A stretch of DNA of 64,000 nucleotides from Phycisphaerae bacterium (GCA_012729815.1 JAAYCJ010000251.1:26434-90433); one strand, 5' to 3'; numbered from the stretch's first letter, positions 46,987 to 60,802 are shown. Program-made: numbers and translations. Notes: generated by a model from the sequence alone, not told the origin.

Positions 46987-47580
46987 CTATGATGTCGGCT
47001 TGGTTTCGGTATCCTCTTCGGTACGGTTGAACCGGTCCATCGCCCTCGGGAAGCCGTCTCGGATCGCGACTTCGATGGCGTCGGCGGCGTCGCGGATCGC
47101 CTTTTCGACCAGGTCGCGTTCCTCGGCGAAGAATTTGGCGAGGACATACTCGGCTGGGTCGATCATGGGGGGCGGCGAGCCGATTCCGCAGCGGAGTCGC
47201 GGGACCTGGTCGGTTCCGAGGCGGCTGAGGACGTCGGTGAGGCCTTTGTGTCCGCCCCCGGAGCCGCGGACCCGGAGTCGCAGTCGTCCGACGGGCAGGT
47301 CGAGGTCGTCGAGGACGACGAGGATCTGGCCCGGTTCGAGCTTGTAGAAGTTGACCGCGTCGATGACGGCCTGGCCCGAGCGGTTCATGAAGGTGGCTGG
47401 TTTGAGCAGCGCGACCTTGCGGCCGGCGAACGCTCCGGAGCCGAAACGCCCGTGGAACTTGCTGGTGTCGGTGGCGATGGCCCAGCGGCGGGCGAGCTCG
47501 TTGACCACCATGAAGCCGAAGTTGTGCCGGGTTCCGGCATATTCGGGTCCGGGGTTTCCGAGGCCCACGATCAGGGTCAT
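46987..47580 (-). CDS. pth: Peptidyl-tRNA hydrolase
   Basis: LIVGLGNPGPEYAGTRHNFGF, VLDDLDLPVG, GGHKG motifs. Confidence 0.85.
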   Translation of the reverse strand: MTLIVGLGNPGPEYAGTRHNFGFMVVNELARRWAIATDTSKFHGRFGSGAFAGRKVALLKPATFMNRSGQAVIDAVNFYKLEPGQILVVLDDLDLPVGRLRLRVRGSGGGHKGLTDVLSRLGTDQVPRLRCGIGSPPPMIDPAEYVLAKFFAEERDLVEKAIRDAADAIEVAIRDGFPRAMDRFNRTEEDTETKPTS

Positions 47581-47639
47581 GTTGTCCGGGTTGGCGTCGT
47601 GCAACGGTCAGCAACCTTTCACGATGGAGACGCGGGGGG

Positions 47640-48290
47640 CTATTCGCCCGCTTCGCCTTCTTCCTCTTCCTTGCCGCGTCCGATGACTTCGGGTTCGGCG
47701 CCGGCCTCGGCGGCGGCCCCTTCGACAGCGGTCACTTCCTCGGCGACGACGGTGACGGCGGCGATGACGGTTTCCGGTTCGGAGACCAGGGCGGCGCCTT
47801 CGGGCAGCTTGACGTCGGCGGCCTTGAGGGTATCGCCGACCTTCAGGTCGTTGACGCGGACGCGGATTTCTTCGGGAATGTCGGTGACGACGCAACTGAT
47901 TTCCAGTTCAGCGGTCGGCTGCTGGAGGGTGCCGCCTTCGCTGACGCCGGCGGGCGTGCCGCGGAGAATGACGGGTACGGCGACGGTGACGCGTTCGGAG
48001 AGGTCGACGCGGGTGAAGTCGACGTGGACCGGATTGGTGCCGAGCGAATCGTACTGGACGTCCTTGATGAGGACGGTCTCGGGCGCGGCGTCGGCCATCT
48101 GGAGTTCGAGCAGGTGGACGCCGTGATGGATGTGGTGGAGGAACTCGTGCTGCGGGACCGCGACGGGGACACTGTCCTTGCGGTGTCCGTAGATGACACC
48201 GGGGAGCAGGCCTTCGCGGCGGCACCTTCGGCTGCCCTTGGTGCCGACTTCCTGTCTGATCTTCGTTTGTAATGGAACCGCCTTGGCCAT
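47640..48290 (-). CDS. rplY: 50S ribosomal protein L25 / general stress protein Ctc
   Basis: GKGSRRCRREGLLPGVIYG...NPVHVDF L25 signature plus an acidic C-terminal tail. Confidence 0.85.
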   Translation of the reverse strand: MAKAVPLQTKIRQEVGTKGSRRCRREGLLPGVIYGHRKDSVPVAVPQHEFLHHIHHGVHLLELQMADAAPETVLIKDVQYDSLGTNPVHVDFTRVDLSERVTVAVPVILRGTPAGVSEGGTLQQPTAELEISCVVTDIPEEIRVRVNDLKVGDTLKAADVKLPEGAALVSEPETVIAAVTVVAEEVTAVEGAAAEAGAEPEVIGRGKEEEEGEAGE

Positions 48291-48304
48291 GGATAACCTC
48301 CGTA

Positions 48305-49249
<945 letters not shown>

Positions 49250-49263
49250 GGTGGCGTCTTTCG

Positions 49264-50571
49264 TTAGGTTTTTGATATTCCGCGTTTGGATTTTTTCGCC
49301 GGTTCGGGCGGTTGTTCGCCGAGGGAGTTGGTGGCGTTGTTGCGGACGACGGTGCCCGGCTGGATGCTCGATCGCGGTTTGACGCGGACGGGGGCGACGA
49401 GGACGGCTCCGGAGCCGATGAACGTGTGGTCGCCGATTTCGGTCGGGTGGACTTCGCGGCCGTCGTAGTTGGCGAAGATGGTTCCGGCTCCGACGTTGAC
49501 CTGCCGGCCGATCTGGGCGTCGCCGATGTAGGTGTGGTGTCGGGCTCGGGTTCCCTGTCCAAGTCGGGAGTTTTTGATCTCGGCGAAGACGCCGAAGACG
49601 ACGTCGTCGTCGAGGACGGTGCCTTCGCGGACGAAGGCGAAGGGTCCGACGTGGCAATTGCGGCCGACGCGGACCTTGCCGTGGATGTAGGTGAACGGGT
49701 GGATGACGGAGTCCTTGCCGATTTCGGCGCGGGCGTCGATCCAGGTGTTGGCGGGATCGACGATGGTGACTCCCCTGTTCATCAGTTCGGCCTGGATGCG
49801 GTCCTGCATGAGCTTGCTGACGACGGCGAGCTGCCGGCGGGAGTTGATGGAGAGGACGTCTTCGGCGTTGACGGCGGTGATGGCGATGGCCCGCTTGCCG
49901 CTCTGGATGACGATCTGGAGGGCGTCGGTGAGGTAGTATTCGTTTTTGACGTTGTTGGGGGTGATTCGGTCGAGTGCGTCGAGGAGGGTTCGGCAGTCGA
50001 AGCAGTAGTAGCTTGGGTTGATTTCGCGGATCCGGAGTTGTTCGGGGGTGCAGTCGGCGTGTTCGACGATTCCCTGAAGGTTGCCGTAGCTGTCGCGGGC
50101 GATTCGGCCGTAGCCGGAGGGGTCGTCGAGGACGGCGGTGGCGAGGGTGGCGACGGAGTGCTCCTGGTTGTGCTTGTCGAGGAGTTCGTTGAGGGTTTGC
50201 GGGCGGAGCAGGGGGCCGTCGCCGCAGACGACGACGCAGTCGCCGTCGAAATCTTCGAGGTGTTTTCGGCAGCAGAGGACGGCGTGGCCGGTGCCTTTTT
50301 GTTCGGCCTGGTGGACCCAGGTGATGCCCTTGTCACCGTTGAATCGCTCGATGACGGTGTCTTTGCCGTATCCGACGACGACGAAGAGTCGTTCGATGCC
50401 GGCCCCGCGGCAGGCGTCGATGACGTATTCGAGCATGGGCCGGCCGCAGACCTCGTGGAGGACCTTTGGCATGTCCGTGTTCATACGGGTGCTCTGGCCG
50501 GCGGCGAGGATGATTCCGACGGCTGGTCTCCGCGGCGTCTTACCGGGTTTGGCCTTCGCTTTCGCTGCCAT
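49264..50571 (-). CDS. glmU: Bifunctional GlcNAc-1-P uridyltransferase / GlcN-1-P acetyltransferase
   Basis: ILAAGQSTRM nucleotidyltransferase motif plus C-terminal left-handed beta-helix hexapeptide repeats. Confidence 0.9.
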   Translation of the reverse strand: MAAKAKAKPGKTPRRPAVGIILAAGQSTRMNTDMPKVLHEVCGRPMLEYVIDACRGAGIERLFVVVGYGKDTVIERFNGDKGITWVHQAEQKGTGHAVLCCRKHLEDFDGDCVVVCGDGPLLRPQTLNELLDKHNQEHSVATLATAVLDDPSGYGRIARDSYGNLQGIVEHADCTPEQLRIREINPSYYCFDCRTLLDALDRITPNNVKNEYYLTDALQIVIQSGKRAIAITAVNAEDVLSINSRRQLAVVSKLMQDRIQAELMNRGVTIVDPANTWIDARAEIGKDSVIHPFTYIHGKVRVGRNCHVGPFAFVREGTVLDDDVVFGVFAEIKNSRLGQGTRARHHTYIGDAQIGRQVNVGAGTIFANYDGREVHPTEIGDHTFIGSGAVLVAPVRVKPRSSIQPGTVVRNNATNSLGEQPPEPAKKSKRGISKT

Positions 50572-50620
50572 AGGCGGTAGCTTCCTGGATATAAAATAAG
50601 TATTACCGATAAAAGGACAA

Positions 50621-50692
50621 CTACCCGGCCAGGACTCGAACCTGGAATGGCAGGACCAAAACCTGCTGTGTTTCCAATTACACCACCGGGTA
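50621..50692 (-). tRNA. tRNA-Gln (anticodon UUG), 72 nt, no encoded CCA
   Basis: Manual fold: acceptor TACCCGG/CCGGGTA, D-stem GTGT/ACAC with GG loop, anticodon stem GCAGG/CCTGC with loop TTTTGGT (U33, UUG at 34-36), T-stem CCAGG/CCTGG with TTCGAGT loop, discriminator G. Confidence 0.8.
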
Positions 50693-51007
50693 GAATCCCG
50701 TTGACCGTATGTCCTTTTGCGCTGCAGTACGAGCTGCGGGTGCAAGCCGCGGCAGCGGACCTGTCCGGAGGCCTGAGCTCAGCGCCGCGTACGCCGGAGC
50801 CCATCGCCGAGATCCACTCGGCACGCCCCTTGCGGAATCAGGTAATTCCCAAGCAGGATACTATATCCTGGTGGGGCAGGGGTGTCAATGCGAAAAACAC
50901 AGGCTCACGAAACTAGCTGGGGGCTCTGCGGGAAAAGGGTTGACGTTCAGGGGGTTGGCGGTATACTTCTAAATCGTAGGCTTTACGAAATCGTATGGGG
51001 GCCGATT

Positions 51008-51478
51008 GTGGGCTTGTCCAAGGCGGATATTGAGCATCGGATCGAAGCCTTTGTGGGGTATTGCCGCGCGCGGGGGCTTAAGGTGACTCACCAGCGGACG
51101 GAGATTTTTCGGGAGGTGGTGGGCAGCGAGTCGCATCCGGACGCGGAGACGGTGTATCAGGCGGTGCGTAGTCGGATTCGGTCGATTTCGCGGGATACGG
51201 TGTACCGGACTCTGGCGGCTTTGGAGGGTGAGGGGTTCATTCGCCGGGCGGGGGCGCTGGACGGGGCGGCGCGGTACGACGCCAATACGGAGCGGCATCA
51301 TCATTTTGTCTGCACGGTGTGCGGGGCGATCAAGGACTTTTCCAGCGCGGTGTTGGACGATCTGCCGATCCCGGAGTCCGTCCAGAGCTTTGGTCGGGTG
51401 GAGTCGTCACAGGTGCAGGTTCGCGGGGTTTGTTCGGCGTGTGAGGAACGGCAGGGCGAGAAGGTCCGGCCGGTTTAG
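51008..51478 (+). CDS. Fur-family transcriptional regulator (FurA/PerR-like, upstream of katG); GTG start assumed
   Basis: DNA-binding helix region THQRTEIF...VYRTL and metal-site HHHFVCTVCG ... CSACE motifs. Exact start uncertain (GTG 51008 or nearby TTG). Confidence 0.7.
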   Translation: MGLSKADIEHRIEAFVGYCRARGLKVTHQRTEIFREVVGSESHPDAETVYQAVRSRIRSISRDTVYRTLAALEGEGFIRRAGALDGAARYDANTERHHHFVCTVCGAIKDFSSAVLDDLPIPESVQSFGRVESSQVQVRGVCSACEERQGEKVRPV

Positions 51479-51515
51479 TGGATAGCGATAGTTCGCTGTA
51501 CAGATTCGAAGCTGA

Positions 51516-53729
<2,214 letters not shown>

Positions 53730-53823
53730 TTGCCACAGGACATTTTCGCGGACATCTGACGTGGAGGCAAGAACCTGAAGCCTTTGTAGGGTAACGGGAG
53801 ATCTTATTGAAAGGAGAGTTCCC

Positions 53824-55233
53824 ATGAGGCGAAGCAGTATGGTAATGCTCTCGATGCTGGCGTGTACAGTTTTTGGGGTCGGCGGGGCGGGATTGCTCGC
53901 GCAGGACGAGATGACGGCGGCGTCACCGCCGTCGAGTTACTCGCCGGTGGTGGCCAAGGAGTCGTTCGAGCAGACGATGGCCCGGATGTCGGCGGCCAAG
54001 GACGGGATCATGGCCCGTCACATGGAGTTGCTGAGGGATCGCTACGATCTGTCGGACCGGGCGGCGGAGGGCGTGGCGATGTCGGGAGGCAAGGCGGTTC
54101 AGGAAGGGGTTCGGGTCCGGCTGGCGGACGGGGTGAGTTGGCATCAGCTTGCGGCGATGAGTCCGGAGGAGATTCGGGAGCAAGGTTTGTGGCCGGCGGG
54201 TTTTTATCCTCTGCCGCACCCGAATCATCCGGAGGGCGGGATGGTTTTTCCGCAGTCGCACATCGACGAGCTCAAGCGGCAGACGGATCGCGACCTGACG
54301 CGGTTCGACCTGGACTTCGACCTGCCGGACCATCTGTTGCCTGATTTTCCGCCGGCGATCTACCTGACGACTCGTCCGGATTTGGGCGATGTGTCGAAGG
54401 GGCGGGTGATCACGAGCGACAACTTCCACGCGATATTCAACGGCATTTTGAATCCCAAGCAGCTTGAAGGGTTGCGGCTGCTGGTGACTCCGTTCCCGCA
54501 GCAGCAGTTCAACGGGACGGAGGACCGGCGTTCGTCGCGTCCGAGCCTGGGCGTGACGTGTTTCGACTGCCACGTGAACGGCCACTCGAACGGGACGACG
54601 CACCTGGTGGGGGACATTCGGCCGCAGGAGTTTCGGCACCGGCTGGACACGCCGACGCTTCGGGGGGTGAACGTACAGCGGCTTTTCGGTTCGCAGCGTG
54701 GGCTCAAGAGCGTGGAGGACTTCACGGAGTTCGAGCAGCGGGCGGCGTATTTTGACGGCGATCACGTCATGGCGGCCAAGAAGGGGGTCAACGTTCTGGA
54801 GCGTGGGAGCCAGGTTCACTTCATGGGTGAGTTCATGAACATCCTCGACTTCCCGCCGGCCCCGAAGCTGGATCTCTACGGCAAGCTGGACCCGTCGAAG
54901 GCGACGGAGCAGGAGCTCTTGGGCCAGGAGGTGTTTTTCGGCAAGGGCCAGTGCGCGACGTGCCACGCCGCTCCGTACTACACGGACAATCTGATGCACA
55001 ATTTGCGGGCGGAGCGGTTCTTTGAGCCGAAGATGATCAACGGGCGGATGGCGTCGTCGGACGGCCCGATCAAGACGTTTCCGCTTCGCGGGATCAAGGA
55101 CTCGCCGCCGTATTTGCATGACGGGCGATTGCTGACCCTTGAGGACACGGTGGAGTTTTTCAACCTGATCCAGCAGTTGAATCTGACGGACCAGGAGAAA
55201 CAGGCACTGGTTGCATTCATGCGGACGCTGTGA
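53824..55233 (+). CDS. Di-heme cytochrome c peroxidase family protein (CcpA/MauG-like), secreted
   Basis: Signal peptide. Two CxxCH haem-binding motifs (CFDCH, CATCH) with CCP-like spacing. Confidence 0.75.
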   Translation: MRRSSMVMLSMLACTVFGVGGAGLLAQDEMTAASPPSSYSPVVAKESFEQTMARMSAAKDGIMARHMELLRDRYDLSDRAAEGVAMSGGKAVQEGVRVRLADGVSWHQLAAMSPEEIREQGLWPAGFYPLPHPNHPEGGMVFPQSHIDELKRQTDRDLTRFDLDFDLPDHLLPDFPPAIYLTTRPDLGDVSKGRVITSDNFHAIFNGILNPKQLEGLRLLVTPFPQQQFNGTEDRRSSRPSLGVTCFDCHVNGHSNGTTHLVGDIRPQEFRHRLDTPTLRGVNVQRLFGSQRGLKSVEDFTEFEQRAAYFDGDHVMAAKKGVNVLERGSQVHFMGEFMNILDFPPAPKLDLYGKLDPSKATEQELLGQEVFFGKGQCATCHAAPYYTDNLMHNLRAERFFEPKMINGRMASSDGPIKTFPLRGIKDSPPYLHDGRLLTLEDTVEFFNLIQQLNLTDQEKQALVAFMRTL

Positions 55234-55281
55234 CCGCCGGGCGACAGGCGAGAGGAAAAGACCATATGAAAGGAGGCTACG

Positions 55282-55956
55282 ATGTGCGATGAACAGAGAC
55301 TTCCGTTGATCGGTGAGAAGGCGCCGTCGTTTGAGGCGGAGACGACGCAAGGGCCGATCAAGTTTCCGGAGGACTTTGCGGGCAAGTGGGTGGTGTTCTT
55401 TTCGCATCCGGCGGATTTCACGCCGGTGTGCACGACGGAGTTCATGACGTTCGCGACGATGCAGCCGGAGTTCGAGAAGCTCAACTGCAAGCTGCTGGGG
55501 TTGAGCATCGACAGCACGTACAGCCACATCGCGTGGCTGAGGACGATCAAGGAGAAGATTGAGTATAAGGGCATGAAGGGCGTGGAGGTGAACTTCCCGG
55601 TGATCAGCGACCTGACGATGGAGGTGTCGAAGGCGTTCGGCATGCTCCAGCCGGCGGCGAGCAGCACGCAGGCGGTGCGGGCGGTGTTTATCATCGACCC
55701 GGAGAGCGTGGTGCGTGCGATTTTGTACTATCCGCTGTCGAACGGGCGAAACATGGAGGAGATCAAGCGGCTGCTGGTGGCGATGCAGCTTTCGGACTCG
55801 CAGAAGGTGGCGACGCCGGCGAACTGGCAGCCGGGTGACGAGGTGATCGTACCGCCGCCGGGATCGTGCGGGACGGCGAAGGAGCGGGTGGAGAAACCGG
55901 CGTCTGACACGCGGGTGCTGGACTGGTTCATGGTGCTCAAGAAGTGTCCGAAGTAG
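55282..55956 (+). CDS. 1-Cys peroxiredoxin (Prx6 subfamily)
   Basis: FSHPADFTPVCTTE peroxidatic-Cys motif; thioredoxin fold. Confidence 0.85.
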   Translation: MCDEQRLPLIGEKAPSFEAETTQGPIKFPEDFAGKWVVFFSHPADFTPVCTTEFMTFATMQPEFEKLNCKLLGLSIDSTYSHIAWLRTIKEKIEYKGMKGVEVNFPVISDLTMEVSKAFGMLQPAASSTQAVRAVFIIDPESVVRAILYYPLSNGRNMEEIKRLLVAMQLSDSQKVATPANWQPGDEVIVPPPGSCGTAKERVEKPASDTRVLDWFMVLKKCPK

Positions 55957-55966
55957 CCAGGCTGGG

Positions 55967-58336
55967 ATGTCACAGACGGGCGAAAAGCGGGACGTGATTC
56001 TCCGCCAGCCGGTGGAGAAGTCCGACGAGGGTCTGCCGATCGGCAACGGCCGGATGGGGACCCTCGTCTGGACTGCCCCGGAGCGTGTGGAGTTTCAGGT
56101 CAACCGGGCGGACGTGTTCGCGGCGAATCGCGGTCACGGTTTGGATCAGGCTGCGCCGATGAGCAGCGGCGAGACGACGGCGGACTATTGCGGGGCGTGC
56201 GCGAGGGTTCGGGTCGCGTTGGGCGGCGAGGTGTTTTGCGGGGAGGATTTTGAGCAGCGGCTTTCGATGGTCGATGCGGAGGTGGGCGTTTTCGGCAGGG
56301 CGGTGGCGGTACGGTGTTTTGTCTCGGCGGAGCGGGACCTGCTGGTGATCGAGGTGGATGACCGGCGGCAGGCGAGCGCGGGTCTGACGGTTGAGCTTTC
56401 GGCGTGGGGTCCGCTTGAGGTTTGCAGCGGCGGGCATGTGGCCCGGTGGCGTTTGACTGAGCGTGACGGCTGTGCGCTGGTGCTGCGGTCGTTTGAGGAA
56501 GGGGGGTACTACTGCGGGTCGGCGGTTGGCGCGATGGTCGAAGGCGGTAGTATTGAGGTTGTGGGCGATGGCGGCATGCGGCTGGCCAAAGCGTCAGGAG
56601 GCAAGTCGCTGATTGTGGTTGCCAGTGCCGGTTCGAGGTCGCGGGAGGCCGATTTGACCGCCACTGTGGTTGATCTGCTTGGCGAGGTTCGAGGCCGGTC
56701 GTACGATGAGCTTCAGATCGACCATCGGCGCTGGTGGTCGGCGTTCTGGTCGCGAAGCGAGGTTTCGATCGCCAGCGAGGATCCGGCGGCCAGGCGGCTC
56801 GAACACCTCCGCGATCTGCACCTGTACCATCTGGGGAGCACGTCGCGCGGGCCGGTTCCGCCGAAGTGGAACGGTTCGCTGTTTGTGACGGAGGGGGACG
56901 TGCGTTCGTGGGGTTCGCAGTATTGGGTGTGGACGACGGAGAGTTTGTACTTTCCGCTCTACGCGGCTGATCTGATCGAGCTGACGGAGCCGTTTTTCCG
57001 TATGTACGGCGATCAGCTTGAGGCGTGCCGAGCGGCGGCGCGTCAGCGGTGGGGGGTTGGGGGGGCGTTTTTTCCGGAGACCAACGCGTTCGACGGGCCG
57101 ACGGTCTTGCCGGATGGGGCGGGCTGCGAGTTTCAGGAGGCATACCTGGGCCGCAAGCCGGTGGCGGCGTTGTCGAGCGAGACGAAGGAGCTTTGCCGGT
57201 TCGACAGCAGCCTTCGGACGGTCGCGTGGCCGGCGGCGCAGGCGGAAGGGCGGTTTTCGTGGATCAGCCATCTGGTGTCGTCCGGGTGCGAGGTGGCTAT
57301 TCAGGCCTGGTGGCGATATCGGTACACGGGCGATGTGGATTGGCTTGGGCGTGTTGCGTATCCGCTGTTGCGTGAGACGGTGGAGTTTTATCGCGGGTTG
57401 GTTCGTGAGGGCGCGGACGGCCGGCTGCATGTTTGCGGCACGAACGTGCACGAGGCGTTCTGGGGCGTGGATGACGGGATCATGGATCTGGCGGCCATTC
57501 GGGGTGTGGCGCCGCTGGCGATCCGCGTGGCGGAGATGCTCGATACCGATCGCGATCTTCGGGCGGGCTGGCGGGATTTGCTGGAGCGAGTGGCGCCGTA
57601 TCCGATGGGTTGCGATGCGGAGTCGCAGGCGATCGAAGGCGGCGCGTTGGCCGAGGACGTGTGGTCGGTCGGGCATCTTGGGGCGGTTTGCGTGAACAAG
57701 CTCTGCGAGGACGTGTGGCTCACGCCGGTGTTTCCGTTTGAGGATTGGACGCTGGAGACCGACGATCCGGAGACGGCGCGGATCGTGCGGAAATTGGTTT
57801 CCCTCGCTCCGAGGCTCAAATCCATTCTGGAGGGCGAACACTCCAATACCGCCGACCGCACGCCGGTCGCGGTGGCGCGGGCGGGGTTGGGCGAGTTTCT
57901 ACCTGAGGTGCTGGCCCGGTACGATGCGGCATTTTCGCCAATGGCGAACGGGATGAGCCGGTTTGAAGGGCATCAGGCGATGTCGGTTGAGCCGCTGGGG
58001 ATTATTACGACGGCGTTGCAGGAGGGGTTGCTGCAGAGCGTGTCGCGGCGTCCGGGCGAGTTGGAGGCGATTCGCGTGTTCGCGGCGTGGCCGAGGCGGT
58101 GGGATGCGTCGTTTCGGCTGTTGGCGCGGGGCGGTTTTGTGGTGCGTTCCTCGATCAGCGCGGGACGGGTGGAGTTTGTTGAGATCGAGTCGCGGCTGGG
58201 CGGGACGTGCCGGGTTCGCTTGCCGTGGGAGGCGTATCGGTTTGAGGGCCAGGCGGAGGGCGAGGTCCGCTGCCGCGGCGGGTTGGTCGAGTTTGAGACT
58301 CGGCGAGGCGGACGGTATCGGCTTGCGCCGGCGTAG
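55967..58336 (+). CDS. Glycoside hydrolase, GH95-like (alpha-L-fucosidase-type N-domain)
   Basis: N-terminal LPIGNGRMGTLVW resembles the GH95 N-terminal GNGRLG motif. About 790 aa is typical of the family. Confidence 0.45.
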   Translation: MSQTGEKRDVILRQPVEKSDEGLPIGNGRMGTLVWTAPERVEFQVNRADVFAANRGHGLDQAAPMSSGETTADYCGACARVRVALGGEVFCGEDFEQRLSMVDAEVGVFGRAVAVRCFVSAERDLLVIEVDDRRQASAGLTVELSAWGPLEVCSGGHVARWRLTERDGCALVLRSFEEGGYYCGSAVGAMVEGGSIEVVGDGGMRLAKASGGKSLIVVASAGSRSREADLTATVVDLLGEVRGRSYDELQIDHRRWWSAFWSRSEVSIASEDPAARRLEHLRDLHLYHLGSTSRGPVPPKWNGSLFVTEGDVRSWGSQYWVWTTESLYFPLYAADLIELTEPFFRMYGDQLEACRAAARQRWGVGGAFFPETNAFDGPTVLPDGAGCEFQEAYLGRKPVAALSSETKELCRFDSSLRTVAWPAAQAEGRFSWISHLVSSGCEVAIQAWWRYRYTGDVDWLGRVAYPLLRETVEFYRGLVREGADGRLHVCGTNVHEAFWGVDDGIMDLAAIRGVAPLAIRVAEMLDTDRDLRAGWRDLLERVAPYPMGCDAESQAIEGGALAEDVWSVGHLGAVCVNKLCEDVWLTPVFPFEDWTLETDDPETARIVRKLVSLAPRLKSILEGEHSNTADRTPVAVARAGLGEFLPEVLARYDAAFSPMANGMSRFEGHQAMSVEPLGIITTALQEGLLQSVSRRPGELEAIRVFAAWPRRWDASFRLLARGGFVVRSSISAGRVEFVEIESRLGGTCRVRLPWEAYRFEGQAEGEVRCRGGLVEFETRRGGRYRLAPA

Positions 58337-58353
58337 AGGCGGCCGATGAACTG

Positions 58354-59514
58354 TTACCCGATCGCGTACTCGTTCATGGCCTGGACGGCCTGTTCGCGTC
58401 CGTCGGGGGGCAGGCCGACGTAGTCGGATTCCCAGTAGAGGATTTGCGGCGAGCCCAGGCGGCGGGCGGTGCGGAGGCTTTTTTGGAAGTCTTCGCGGTC
58501 GGCGGGCACCCACCAGTAGAGCCAGACGTTGCAGCGGTCGCCGGCGATATCGCGCAGGTACTTGTAGGCTTTGGCGGCGGTTCCGCCCTTGAGGTAGTAG
58601 CCGGCGGCGACGAGGTCGTCGACGAGGCCCTGGCGGACCCAGGTTTCCAGGTCGAGGAAGAGGCCGTAGTAGCTTCCGTTGATGCGGCCGTCTTGGCCGC
58701 GGTAGGACCACGGATGGTTGACCATGGCGGCGATCGGGAGGTTGCGGTTTTTGGCTTTGACAAGTCGTTTGGCCTGGCGGGCGAAGGCGGTGATCGGGGC
58801 AGCGCGGAAGGCGACCCAGCGTTCGTCGTTGTTCGGTATCGTGTGCGGGTCGATGCCGAACTTCTTCTTGAAGCCTTCGATCATCGGTTTTTCGTAGCCG
58901 AAGTCGCCGGTGCCGCAAGGCGTGACCTGCGGGTTGTTGCGGACGTCGCCGGTTCGGATCCAGTCGAAGAAGACACCGTCGATGTCGTAGGCGAGGATTT
59001 CGCGGAGGAGTCCGAGTTTGTACTCGCGGACCTCTTCGAAGGCGAAGCTGAGCTGGGAGTTGTAGGGGATGCCGCCGCGTTTGACCCATCTGAGGTGCGG
59101 GTTGTGACGGGCGAATCGGCTGGCGATTCCCCAGGCGTGGTCGTCCTCGTTGATGCTCAGCCAGGCGTGGACTTCGAGGCCGATCTTATGGCCGTATTCG
59201 ACGGCTTCGGCGAGGCAGTCGAAGTTGCGGTAGCCTTTCATGAAGGAGGTGTCAACCTGACCGGGCGAAGCCCAGGCGTGGTAGCAGTCGGCGTCGTAAC
59301 CCACGGCTTCGGATTCGAGCAATTTGCTGTCGTAGAGGGCCCGTCCGCCGTCGAAGGTGCGCCAATAGAGTCGGGTCCAGCCGGCCTCTTTGCAGCGGTC
59401 GCAGATCCGCCGGACGCTGGGTTTGCCGTGGCCGAGCTGTTTGGGAAACCGCCAGATCCAGTCGCAGTGGGTGACCGGGCTGGACAGGATGATGCGGTCG
59501 GAGGGAGTCTTCAT
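58354..59514 (-). CDS. GHL10/DUF187-like TIM-barrel glycosyl-hydrolase-like protein
   Basis: Collinear aromatic/His-rich barrel segments (GLEVHAWLSINED, GVFFDWIRTGD). Weak assignment. Confidence 0.4.
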   Translation of the reverse strand: MKTPSDRIILSSPVTHCDWIWRFPKQLGHGKPSVRRICDRCKEAGWTRLYWRTFDGGRALYDSKLLESEAVGYDADCYHAWASPGQVDTSFMKGYRNFDCLAEAVEYGHKIGLEVHAWLSINEDDHAWGIASRFARHNPHLRWVKRGGIPYNSQLSFAFEEVREYKLGLLREILAYDIDGVFFDWIRTGDVRNNPQVTPCGTGDFGYEKPMIEGFKKKFGIDPHTIPNNDERWVAFRAAPITAFARQAKRLVKAKNRNLPIAAMVNHPWSYRGQDGRINGSYYGLFLDLETWVRQGLVDDLVAAGYYLKGGTAAKAYKYLRDIAGDRCNVWLYWWVPADREDFQKSLRTARRLGSPQILYWESDYVGLPPDGREQAVQAMNEYAIG

Positions 59515-59623
59515 CGTCGCGTCTCCTGAAAGGTCATTGACCGTATGGAAACGTTGTGAAGACGCCCGGCGCCGCGTCGGCAGCGCCGGACGTCGTGGTG
59601 GTCTTTCGCTTCCTTGCGTTGCG

Positions 59624-60655
59624 TTATCCGTACTTGGCTTTGAGGCTCAGGCCCTTTTTGGCGCTCTGGCAGGCGAGGTCGATGATGTGGATGGGACGGC
59701 GGGCCCACTCGCCGGTGATGACCAGCGGCTCGCCCTTGACGAGGTGGTCGGCGATATTCTTGTAGAATCGCCAGTACTCGGCGGGCGGGTTCTTGCCCTT
59801 TTCGATCTGCTGGCCGTTTTCGGTGGGGGTGATGATTTCCCATTCCTCGCCGCCCATGATGTAGGTGCCCTTGGTGCCGGTGATTTCGAGCATGCCTCGT
59901 TTGGGGTTGCAGTCGATGGCGGTCATGCAGAGGCTGAGCCACTGGCCGCTGGCGAATCGGACGACGGCTTGGGCTTCGTCCTCGTTGGTGTCCTTTTTCC
60001 AGGCGGTCTTGGCGGCCCAGACGCCATTTTTGGCGAATCCGGTAACCTCGCGGATTTCGGAGTTGATGACCTGGAGCGAGTATTCGAGCAGGTGGGCGCC
60101 CCAGTCGTACATGATTCCGCCGGAGATGGTCTTGCTGGTCCGCCACCAGTTGCCCGGGCATCCGTAGCGGCCCATGTGGGCTTCGACGCGGACGACGTCG
60201 CCGATTTTGCCCTGCTTGATGACCTTGACGGCCTGCATGATCCAGCCGTCCCAGTGGCGGTTGTGGTAGGCGGAGACGACCAGTTTGCGTTTCTTGGCCT
60301 CGGCGATCATGGCGTCGCACTCGGCGGTGGTGATGGCGAAGGGTTTCTCGCAGACGACGTGTCGGCCGGCCTTGAGGCACTGGAGGGCCAGCTTGGCGTG
60401 GGTGTTGTGCGGGGTGATGATGACGACGAGGTTGACATCGGACTTTTTGAGCATTTCGGAGACGGAGGTGAAGGTCTGGATGCCGGGGAAGTCCTTTTTG
60501 GCGACTTCGAGTCGGGCCGGGTCGAGGTCGCTGACGACGGCGGGGGTCATGCCGGCGTCGCGCATCTGGTTGAGGTGGGCTGGGCCCATACCGAACGCCG
60601 GTCCGTAACCGATGACGCCGACCTTAATGTCGCTGGCTTTCTTGAACTTTGCCAT
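59624..60655 (-). CDS. Gfo/Idh/MocA family NAD(P)-dependent oxidoreductase
   Basis: IKVGVIGYGPAFGMG Rossmann start and CEKPFA motif. Confidence 0.8.
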   Translation of the reverse strand: MAKFKKASDIKVGVIGYGPAFGMGPAHLNQMRDAGMTPAVVSDLDPARLEVAKKDFPGIQTFTSVSEMLKKSDVNLVVIITPHNTHAKLALQCLKAGRHVVCEKPFAITTAECDAMIAEAKKRKLVVSAYHNRHWDGWIMQAVKVIKQGKIGDVVRVEAHMGRYGCPGNWWRTSKTISGGIMYDWGAHLLEYSLQVINSEIREVTGFAKNGVWAAKTAWKKDTNEDEAQAVVRFASGQWLSLCMTAIDCNPKRGMLEITGTKGTYIMGGEEWEIITPTENGQQIEKGKNPPAEYWRFYKNIADHLVKGEPLVITGEWARRPIHIIDLACQSAKKGLSLKAKYG

Positions 60656-60802
60656 GCCTTGTCCTTTCGAACTGCTAACAGGGTTTTGTGCCGTGCTGAT
60701 TGGCGGGGATTTTCACACGAACCACCGCGGGTTTCAATCTCAAAAAGTATACCCATTGGCGAGGAGGGATGTCCACTTCCTTACCGCGGCGATATGGTCC
60801 GA

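Noticed and set aside
49250-49657. Extension of prs ORF into the glmU 3' end
   Set aside because: Arg-rich, overlapping glmU. PRPP synthetase homology begins at MDTMKVFAG.
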